Shown here: in pieces, positions 41,458-49,727 of the stretch
Numbering within the stretch: position 1 is the first letter of the stretch
Layout: each line of letters begins with the position of its first letter
Assembly (NCBI GenBank): GCA_016861245.1
Contig: BOKZ01000001.1
Location: 551,006 to 615,005, forward strand
DNA from: Patescibacteria group bacterium
GTDB taxonomy: Bacteria; Patescibacteriota; UBA1384; 2-12-FULL-50-11
Direction of reading: 5' to 3'
DNA: 64,000 nt
The notes under the pieces: generated by a model
What the model was told of the DNA's origin: nothing
Databases searched by the model: none
What the model saw: the letters and a program-made list of their open reading frames with translations, nothing else
Position numbers and translations under genes: made by a program

Positions 41458-41834
41458 TGGCAACAAAAACTAACTTTTTCGCCGGTGTTGGTCGCCGCAA
41501 GACCGCGGTTGCTCAAACTCGCTTAACTTCTGGTAACGGCACGTTTACTGTTAACGGTGTTGAGAAACCAGTTTTTCCGCAATTAGAGCGGTTACTCGAA
41601 ACAGTTGATCGTAAGGGTAAAGTAAATATTTCGATCGTTGTTCGGGGTGGTGGTACCAGCGGCCAAACAGACGCGATCCTTCTAGGTGTCGCTCGAGCCT
41701 TGGTAGACCTTAACGAAGACTTCCGATCTGGTCTACGAAAAGCTGGTTATCTAACCAGAGACGGCCGAATTAAAGAACGAAAGAAACCAGGCTTGAAGAA
41801 AGCACGTCGAGCTCCTCAGTGGGCAAAACGGTAA
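41457..41834 (+). CDS. rpsI: 30S ribosomal protein S9
   Basis: GRRKTAVA, GGGTSGQ, ERKKPGLKKARRAPQWAKR; TAATG overlap with rplM. Confidence 0.99.
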   Translation: MATKTNFFAGVGRRKTAVAQTRLTSGNGTFTVNGVEKPVFPQLERLLETVDRKGKVNISIVVRGGGTSGQTDAILLGVARALVDLNEDFRSGLRKAGYLTRDGRIKERKKPGLKKARRAPQWAKR

Positions 41835-41835
41835 G

Positions 41836-41862
41836 AAACTGCCCTTCGGGGCGGTTTTTTTT
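41836..41862 (+). terminator. Intrinsic terminator after rpsI
   Basis: AAACTGCCC-TTCG-GGGCGGTTTTTTTT. Confidence 0.9.
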
Positions 41863-41889
41863 GTCTAAAAACTCAGATAGGATACAGGT

Positions 41890-42591
41890 ATGAGCGCACT
41901 AGTAATTGATATCGAAACAGCCGGTGAGCCTTGGGAGAACATCGACGAACAAACTAAGAAAATTTTAATTAAACGAGCTGAGTACCAGCTGCCAAACTCT
42001 GAGACATCTGCAGAGGAGTACGCTGAAGAAATGCTCGGCATCTCGCCGTTGACCGGTGAGATCGTTGCCTTAGGTCTGATCGATACGTCAACCAGTAAAG
42101 GCGCTGTTTACTACCAAACGCCCGGCAAAAAAGTACCTGATGGTGAATATAAAGGATTAAAGCTTCACAGCTGTACCGAGAAAGAGATGTTGGAGCGATT
42201 TTGGGAGTTGAGCGATCGTTACACTCATTTTGTTACATATAGCGGTCGTTCTTTTGATATCCCGTATTTAATGATTCGCTCTGCGATTCACGGAATTAAA
42301 CCGAAAAAAGATTTGATGCGTGGCCGTTATATTTATCAACAGTCACCGAGCGCGATTCACGTCGACTTATACGATCAGCTCACTTTCTACGGAGCAATGC
42401 GACTCGGAGGGTTACACACGGTTTGCCGAGCCTTCGGTATTGAAAGTCCAAAATCCGACGAGATTGACGGCTCAAAAGTCAGCGAGTACTTCCGCAGCGG
42501 AAAGTATAAGGAAATTGCTGAGTATAACGCCGGTGATCTGTTTGCAACTAAGGATTTGTATAACAAGTGGAAAGAGTTATTGGTGTTTTAA
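41890..42591 (+). CDS. DEDD 3'-5' exonuclease (PolB-exonuclease-like)
   Basis: DIET, YSGRSFDIPYL, HVDL, YNAGD. Confidence 0.85.
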   Translation: MSALVIDIETAGEPWENIDEQTKKILIKRAEYQLPNSETSAEEYAEEMLGISPLTGEIVALGLIDTSTSKGAVYYQTPGKKVPDGEYKGLKLHSCTEKEMLERFWELSDRYTHFVTYSGRSFDIPYLMIRSAIHGIKPKKDLMRGRYIYQQSPSAIHVDLYDQLTFYGAMRLGGLHTVCRAFGIESPKSDEIDGSKVSEYFRSGKYKEIAEYNAGDLFATKDLYNKWKELLVF

Positions 42592-42902
42592 TGAAACGTG
42601 ATATCGAACAGAAAAATCAGTCATATAAAAAAGCCCTCGGCAAAGTACTATTAAAAGTTTTTCCCGGGGAGTCGTTAATTGTCACAGATGTTTTACTGGA
42701 TCCGTCGATGAAACACGGCAAAGTGTGGATAAAGGGTTCAACAGAGGGGATCGAACAAATTAATAAGAAAAAAGGTGATATCTCACAGGAGTTAAAGCGC
42801 TACGTTAATACCCGTTATATGCCAAGTCTTGAGTTTGTTCTCGACGACCGTTATCTCGATCATATCGACGAATTGTTTTCGGAGGTAATAGATGAAAAGT
42901 AA
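42591..42902 (+). CDS. rbfA: Ribosome-binding factor A (divergent)
   Basis: VTDVLLDPSMKHGKVWI, RYMPSLEFVLD. Confidence 0.8.
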   Translation: MKRDIEQKNQSYKKALGKVLLKVFPGESLIVTDVLLDPSMKHGKVWIKGSTEGIEQINKKKGDISQELKRYVNTRYMPSLEFVLDDRYLDHIDELFSEVIDEK

Positions 42903-43266
42903 AATACTACTTTTTAGTCTGTTTTCGGTGACGTTGTTCGCTTTAGCGACAACGATTACTTTAGTATTCAACACCGCACCCGATTCACCGAAACTAATCG
43001 TCGGATTCTTTGCTTCGGTATTAGTAACAGTTTTTGGGCTTATTTACTTACTTATTTACGGTTTGCAGTACTGGCGGTATCGTTCTGTCGCGCCGTGGCA
43101 AGCGACGCTACTAAATCTCAGATTATCGTTTATTGGTGCGATGACGTTCGTTGCCTTGTTACTAATGAGTGCCTATGAGATAGTAACGCCGGCAACAGCA
43201 ATAATCGTGTTAATTATTGCTGTGCTAACAGAACTAGTTTGGCGAAGGAGAACTGCAAAGATATGA
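42892..43266 (+). CDS. Four-TM membrane protein
   Basis: Hydrophobic segments; coupled to neighbouring genes. Confidence 0.75.
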   Translation: MKSKILLFSLFSVTLFALATTITLVFNTAPDSPKLIVGFFASVLVTVFGLIYLLIYGLQYWRYRSVAPWQATLLNLRLSFIGAMTFVALLLMSAYEIVTPATAIIVLIIAVLTELVWRRRTAKI

Positions 43267-43946
43267 CTGGGCATCTACATCCGCTAACCGTTGTAACCGA
43301 AAAGATTGTTGAGTACTTTAGGCCGTACGGATTTGAGGTGATAACTGGTCCTGAGATAGTAACAACCGAAGAAAACTTCGATAGTTTGAATATCCCTGCC
43401 GACCATCCTGCTCGAGCAGAGTTCGACACATTCTATTTAAACGACGGTCGTAGCCTACGAGCGCATATGACATCTTTATACTTACGTACGATGAAGGATC
43501 GCCAGCCGCCAGTCCGTTTTCTATTTCCTGGGCGCTGCTTTCGTAACGAAGCTACCGATGCTACACATAATCACACGTTTCACCAAATTGACGGGTTAGT
43601 AATTGATACAGAAATAAATTTAGGCAACCTCATCGCTTCGTTAGAGGGACTACTGAAAAACTTAGTAGGGGAGTCGATCGAATTTCGGGTTCGAAATAGC
43701 TACTTCCCGTTTACCGAGCCAAGTATCGAATTAGATATTAAACGGTCCGGTGGCGATTGGTTAGAGATGTTGGGTGCCGGCATGGTTAACCCGAACGTTA
43801 TACGATATTACGGACTCGACCCGGCCGTCTATCAAGGTTACGCTTTCGGGATTGGTCTAGAAAGAATGTTGAATGTTGCCGGTGGTGTTGACGATGTAAG
43901 AAATAACCTTAGCGGCGATTATCGTTATATTGGGCAAGTGAAATGA
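43263..43946 (+). CDS. pheS: Phenylalanyl-tRNA synthetase alpha (lacks N-terminal coiled coil)
   Basis: GHLHPL, HPAR, DATH..FHQ, YFPFTEPS, AFGIGLER. Confidence 0.96.
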   Translation: MTGHLHPLTVVTEKIVEYFRPYGFEVITGPEIVTTEENFDSLNIPADHPARAEFDTFYLNDGRSLRAHMTSLYLRTMKDRQPPVRFLFPGRCFRNEATDATHNHTFHQIDGLVIDTEINLGNLIASLEGLLKNLVGESIEFRVRNSYFPFTEPSIELDIKRSGGDWLEMLGAGMVNPNVIRYYGLDPAVYQGYAFGIGLERMLNVAGGVDDVRNNLSGDYRYIGQVK

Positions 43947-45130
43947 AGTACAACTACTCTGAATTTCAACAAGCAATTAAGAATTTACAGTGGAGCAAAC
44001 AAGAGCTAGCTGACCGCCTGAGTGTTATTGGACACGAAGCAGTAGTAACGGGTGAAGAACTGGATGTTACCGTAACCAGCAACAGAAAAGATTGTCAGAA
44101 TTTTCAGTATTTAGTTTTTGATTTATGCGGCGTTACGGAAGAGCTAGAGCAATCTAATCCGCCGAGTGGCTACTCTCACTCCAACGTAATCCCAGTCTCG
44201 ATCGAACAGGTAAATAGATTACTAGGATCCAACTTAGAACCGTCGGTACTTAAGAAGCTCGAAAAACTTGGCTTTATTGTCGAAGCAAACGGCGTTCGAC
44301 CGCCAAATTTTAGAACTGGTATCGAAACGGTTGCTGATATTGCTGAGGAGGTTCTACGAGTTGTCGGTTTTGAGGCTATCTCGATTAAGGAATTGTCAAA
44401 GGCCGATATCAAAGTATCGCCAGACTATGAAAAGCAGTTAGCGATTAAGCAAAAATTAGCTGGTATCGGTCTATTTGAGACTCGAACGTATTCGTTTGAA
44501 TCGAACGGGGATGTAGAATTGAAAAATCCGTTTAGCGCCACTATGCCGTATTTGCGCACATCGTTGCTACAGGGTTTACTCGTTACTGCGAGCAAAAATC
44601 CGTATATGAAACGAGTTAGTTGTTTTGAGATTGGTAACATCTTTAACCCAGATGAGCAGACTGTTTTAGAAATACTCTTAACCGGGCAAAAAAACTACGA
44701 CCATGTAACACAGCAAATAATCAAAGTGCTCGGAGTTACTATTACTTTTCAGCCGGTTGAAGACACTCTGCTGACGGCTTCAGGCGTCAAACAACCCAAC
44801 CCAGTATCGGCTCAGCTGCCGATCGACAAAATTACAGAAGTAAAACCAACTAACAGGCCGGTGGATCTGCCGCAATTTCAGCCTGTAAGCAAGTTTCCGC
44901 CGCTCGTTCGTGACGTTACGCTTATCGACACAGAATTCGACTCATCAACGGCAGCGAAAATTTTTCCTGAGCTACTTTTTGTTGAGGAAATTGACAACTA
45001 CGTAAGCCCCGAAACAAACAAACAATCTGTTACGTACCGATTTCTCTTTCAGAAGTTTGAAAGCAGTTTCGTAGATGAGGAGATTCGATCGATCGATCAA
45101 AGACTACTTAAGCATTTCAACAACGAGTAA
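43943..45130 (+). CDS. pheT: Phenylalanyl-tRNA synthetase beta, reduced (395 aa)
   Basis: SNRKDC, DIAEEVLR, NP...LRTSLL, FEIGN, SKFPPLVRD. Confidence 0.9.
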   Translation: MKYNYSEFQQAIKNLQWSKQELADRLSVIGHEAVVTGEELDVTVTSNRKDCQNFQYLVFDLCGVTEELEQSNPPSGYSHSNVIPVSIEQVNRLLGSNLEPSVLKKLEKLGFIVEANGVRPPNFRTGIETVADIAEEVLRVVGFEAISIKELSKADIKVSPDYEKQLAIKQKLAGIGLFETRTYSFESNGDVELKNPFSATMPYLRTSLLQGLLVTASKNPYMKRVSCFEIGNIFNPDEQTVLEILLTGQKNYDHVTQQIIKVLGVTITFQPVEDTLLTASGVKQPNPVSAQLPIDKITEVKPTNRPVDLPQFQPVSKFPPLVRDVTLIDTEFDSSTAAKIFPELLFVEEIDNYVSPETNKQSVTYRFLFQKFESSFVDEEIRSIDQRLLKHFNNE

Positions 45131-45149
45131 TAACAGGTAAAATTTAGAC

Positions 45150-46523
45150 ATGGAACGAGCTCTAAGTAATCAAGTTAAAGACAAAATCGGTCAAACTGTA
45201 ACGATTCGTGGCTGGGCAGAAACTGTGCGCAAACACGCAAAAGTTGTATTTATCGACGTTCGCGATCGAACTGGGTTAGTTCAGGTAGTTTGCACGGAAA
45301 AACTACTTGAGGTTGCGAACTCCATCTCTCCTGAATCGGTGGTTACGATTACCGGCACTGTTACCGAGCGCCCGCAATCACTGGTTAATGTTAACATCGT
45401 CAGCGGTACTGTCGAGCTTCAGGCAGACTCTATCACGGTTGAATCAGTCGCTAAAACGCTCCCGATGCCGTTAAACGATCGGGCTGTCAGCGAAGAAACA
45501 CGATTAAAATACCGGTATTTAGACTTGCGTTCGAAGAAAATGGCCGAAAATATCCGAATGCGACATCAAATGAATCAGTTTTTACGCGAGGAACTCACAA
45601 AACTTGATTTCGTTGAAGTTGAGACTCCGTATATCTCTAAATCTACTCCAGAAGGAGCACGAGACTATCTTGTTCCGAGCCGGATTCAGCCAGGTAATTT
45701 TTACGCGCTTCCGCAGTCGCCACAGCAGTATAAACAGCTATTAATGGTCGCTGGGCTCGAGCGTTATTTCCAGATTGCTCGCTGTTTTCGTGACGAGGAT
45801 GCACGTGGCGATCGCCAACCAGAATTCTCACAGTTAGATCTTGAGCTAAGTTTTACTTCGCAAGAAGAAATTCTCCAGGTTACAGAAAGCTTATTCTTAG
45901 GGCTAGTGAAAAAATTCTTTCCGGAGAAAACCTTAACGTTCAATACGATTCCGCGACTAACGTATAAAGAAGTAATGGAGCAGTACGGCACCGATAAGCC
46001 GGATTTGCGTCAAGACAAAACAAACGACGACGAGCTAGCTTTCGCGTTTATTATTGATTTTCCGATGTTTGAGTGGAAGGAATCCGAAAAACGTTTTGAC
46101 GCAACGCACCACCCGTTCACAGCGCCAAAACCAGAATGGGAAGATAACTTTGAAAAACACCCAGAAGAGGCTTTAGCGCTCCAACACGACTTTGTTCTTA
46201 ACGGATCAGAGATTGCTGGCGGAAGCGTCCGAATTCACCGTGCTGACGTTCTGGAGCGTGTCTTCGAGTTTCTAGGACACAACAAAGAAAAGATTCGAGC
46301 TGATTTCGGGCATTTACTAGAAGCCTTCGAGTATGGAGTGCCGCCGCACGGCGGTATCGCTCCCGGACTCGACCGAATTTACACAATCTTACTTAAAGAG
46401 AACTCTATCCGCGACGTCATTGCATTTGCTAAAGCCGGCGATGGTCGCGATCTGATGATGAACGCACCGAGCCCAGTAGATGACGCACAACTAAAGGAAC
46501 TTGGTCTAAAGAAAATCGGTTAG
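45150..46523 (+). CDS. aspS: Aspartyl-tRNA synthetase (short, GAD insertion absent)
   Basis: RLKYRYLDLR, PEGARDYLVP, DRQPEFSQLD, PPHGGIAPGLDR. Confidence 0.97.
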   Translation: MERALSNQVKDKIGQTVTIRGWAETVRKHAKVVFIDVRDRTGLVQVVCTEKLLEVANSISPESVVTITGTVTERPQSLVNVNIVSGTVELQADSITVESVAKTLPMPLNDRAVSEETRLKYRYLDLRSKKMAENIRMRHQMNQFLREELTKLDFVEVETPYISKSTPEGARDYLVPSRIQPGNFYALPQSPQQYKQLLMVAGLERYFQIARCFRDEDARGDRQPEFSQLDLELSFTSQEEILQVTESLFLGLVKKFFPEKTLTFNTIPRLTYKEVMEQYGTDKPDLRQDKTNDDELAFAFIIDFPMFEWKESEKRFDATHHPFTAPKPEWEDNFEKHPEEALALQHDFVLNGSEIAGGSVRIHRADVLERVFEFLGHNKEKIRADFGHLLEAFEYGVPPHGGIAPGLDRIYTILLKENSIRDVIAFAKAGDGRDLMMNAPSPVDDAQLKELGLKKIG

Positions 46524-46525
46524 CG

Positions 46526-47509
46526 ATGCTAACACCGGAAACGCAGTTCGGTCCAAAGAGAAAAAAGCGCTTACCACTCGTGCTCATTATTCTTATATCT
46601 CTATTTTTGGTGCCAGCAGCTACCAATAATATCGAAGCTACCACCGACACTATTACGTTGCCAGACATTTCTGTACAACTCTCCGATACAACTAGCTATC
46701 TCTCAGTTAAGGATGGTACTCGTAGGCCACTTGTTTACGCGAAATCGGTGTTACTAATGAACGCTGAAACTGGAGAAGAATTATGGTCTGATAACGCCGA
46801 CGAAGTGGTGGCAGTCGCCTCAACAACCAAAATGACAACCGCATTAACTGCTCGCAAATTACTTAAACTAGATGAAGTTGTTACCGTCACACGATCGTCT
46901 GTGTTAGTCGCAGGATCAAAAATACAACTCGCAGTTGGCGAACAAATTACGGTGGAGAACTTACTAAAAGGATTATTAATACAATCCGGAAACGACACAG
47001 CGTTTGCGTTGGCCGAGCATTACGGCCAGAAGCACGGCGGTGATTATAAACTGTTTGTCAGCGAAATGAATAAGTTTTCAGAACAAAATAATCTGATGCT
47101 CTCTAAGTACAACGACCCAGCAGGACTAGACGATGAGGTCGGCCGCTCGACTGCTCGGACACTTGCTCACACCGCTAGATTATTACTACGTGATCCGGTC
47201 TTATCTGAAATCGTGCGGACACCGACTGAGATAATCTATTCAGTCGATAATAAGTACTCACACGAGCTAAAAAACTCTAACCGCTTACTATTAGCCGACA
47301 CTCCATACTACATGCCTGGTGCCATTGGTATAAAAACTGGGTTCACTCACGGCGCCGGTCACTGCTTGGTGGCTGGGTATAAAACATCGGTCGGTACCGT
47401 GATCGGCGTAGTATTAAATACGAACGAATACACTATTACTGCCTCTGCGGCAGAGATGAAGAAACTCTTCCAATGGGCTGAGAACAATGTTCTTGAGAAA
47501 AGCTACTAA
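46526..47509 (+). CDS. D-Ala-D-Ala carboxypeptidase (peptidase S11)
   Basis: ASTTK, SGN, KTG; N-terminal TM. Confidence 0.93.
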   Translation: MLTPETQFGPKRKKRLPLVLIILISLFLVPAATNNIEATTDTITLPDISVQLSDTTSYLSVKDGTRRPLVYAKSVLLMNAETGEELWSDNADEVVAVASTTKMTTALTARKLLKLDEVVTVTRSSVLVAGSKIQLAVGEQITVENLLKGLLIQSGNDTAFALAEHYGQKHGGDYKLFVSEMNKFSEQNNLMLSKYNDPAGLDDEVGRSTARTLAHTARLLLRDPVLSEIVRTPTEIIYSVDNKYSHELKNSNRLLLADTPYYMPGAIGIKTGFTHGAGHCLVAGYKTSVGTVIGVVLNTNEYTITASAAEMKKLFQWAENNVLEKSY

Positions 47510-47584
47510 TCAACCAGGGTATTGACAATACTTAGAATGAGTATAGTAATAAGTGATTAGAAGTAATTACAAAAGTGTTAATAA

Positions 47585-48292
<708 letters not shown>

Positions 48293-48306
48293 ATAACTTA
48301 AAACTC

Positions 48307-48340
48307 AACAAAAAAAGACCCAACCGGGTCTTTTTTTGTT
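48307..48340. terminator. Bidirectional terminator
   Basis: AACAAAAAAAGACCC-AACC-GGGTCTTTTTTTGTT perfect inverted repeat between convergent genes. Confidence 0.92.
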
Positions 48341-49052
48341 ATTTATCAGCAATAAATTTTTGCCAAGCCGCGAGCGCGTTGGCGGCAGCGATCTGTTCGG
48401 CTCGTTGTTTTGAGGAGCCCTGTCCCTCAGCGATTAGTTTTGCCTTGGCGTATACGCCGACGGTGAACGTTTTATTATGGTCAGGACCTTCGTCTTTGAT
48501 AACTCTATATTCGGGCGTAACGCTTAGTGCTTCCTGTGAAAGTTCCTGTAAATGCGACTTTGGATCGATGTATAATTTCTTCTCAATAATCTCTGGTAAT
48601 AGACTTATGAGATGCTCTTGAATGAACGTAGTAGCAGCTGTGTAGCCCCGGTCGAGGTAAATCGCTCCAATAATAGCTTCAACAGCGTTTGCGAGTATTA
48701 AATTACGCGCCCTGCCGCCGCTTTTTTCTTCGCCCTTGCTCATCCGCAGTATCGAACCAACACCGAGATCAATCGCAACTTTCGCCAGGACTTCGCCCTT
48801 AACGATTGCGCTACGCCAGTTTGTTAGCTCACCTTCAGGATTTGGAAAGTTCTTGTAAAGGTATTCTGTTACAACCAATTCAAGCACAGCGTCGCCAAGA
48901 AATTCCAGCCGCTCGTTATGTTCTTGCGATTTATCGTTCGTTTCGTTTAAAAACGAACGGTGCGTCAGCGCAATTTGGAGTAACTGCGGGCTTTTAAAGC
49001 TGACGCCGATTTTCTTCTCAAATTCGGTGAGGTCACTTAGCTTCGGGTTCAT
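48339..49052 (-). CDS. rnc: Ribonuclease III
   Basis: ALTHRS, NERLEFLGDAVL, dsRBD DPKSHLQE/GPDH. Confidence 0.98.
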   Translation of the reverse strand: MNPKLSDLTEFEKKIGVSFKSPQLLQIALTHRSFLNETNDKSQEHNERLEFLGDAVLELVVTEYLYKNFPNPEGELTNWRSAIVKGEVLAKVAIDLGVGSILRMSKGEEKSGGRARNLILANAVEAIIGAIYLDRGYTAATTFIQEHLISLLPEIIEKKLYIDPKSHLQELSQEALSVTPEYRVIKDEGPDHNKTFTVGVYAKAKLIAEGQGSSKQRAEQIAAANALAAWQKFIADK

Positions 49053-49488
49053 CAGTGGGTTTTATTTCTTCTTCGACGTAGCGGTCGCTGTTGCGATAAA
49101 GTGTTCCCAGTACGCCGTTAATAAACTTCGACGAGTTCTCGCCACCAAACGTCTTTGCAATCTCAACTGCCTCGTTAATAGCAACTTTTGGCGGAATGTC
49201 CTCGTCTTTTAGTAGCTCGTAGGCCGCTAAACGCAAAATACTTTTATCGATAATTGAAATTTGATCGAGCGGCCATTCCGGCGCTGCATCGGCAATAAGT
49301 TGATCGATCTCTTCTTTAAATTCAACCGTTCCTTCTACAACACGGTGAACGTAATCTACGTCCACATCTTTTTTTACCGGCTCCATCACACGATCAGCGA
49401 TTTCAACGATAGTTTGATTCTGATGGAAGTCCCACTCGTAGAGCGACTGCATGGCAATCGTTCGCGATAGGTGGCGGTTTACCGACAT
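49033..49488 (-). CDS. nusB: Transcription antitermination factor NusB
   Basis: DKSILRL, KVAINEAVEIAK, FINGVL. Confidence 0.97.
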   Translation of the reverse strand: MSVNRHLSRTIAMQSLYEWDFHQNQTIVEIADRVMEPVKKDVDVDYVHRVVEGTVEFKEEIDQLIADAAPEWPLDQISIIDKSILRLAAYELLKDEDIPPKVAINEAVEIAKTFGGENSSKFINGVLGTLYRNSDRYVEEEIKPTDEPEAK

Positions 49489-49490
49489 CG

Positions 49491-49703
49491 TTATTTAGAT
49501 TCTTGATCTAAGACGATTCGTTTGGTTGGCGCGCTCTGAGTAACTGACTTACCGTTATAAAAACCGCAATGCGGGCAAACAACGTGAGGAAGCGCAGGTT
49601 TCTTGCAGTTAGTGCAAGTTGTTACTTCCAAATCAGTTGCCTTGTACTGGGCTCGACGTAAATTTGTTCGAGTTTTGGATAACTTTTTCTTTGGCTCTGC
49701 CAT
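49491..49703 (-). CDS. rpmF: 50S ribosomal protein L32
   Basis: MAEPKKKLS, CTNC..PHVVCPHCGFY. Confidence 0.96.
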   Translation of the reverse strand: MAEPKKKLSKTRTNLRRAQYKATDLEVTTCTNCKKPALPHVVCPHCGFYNGKSVTQSAPTKRIVLDQESK

Positions 49704-49727
49704 TGTTTATATAGTATACAGCAGTTT

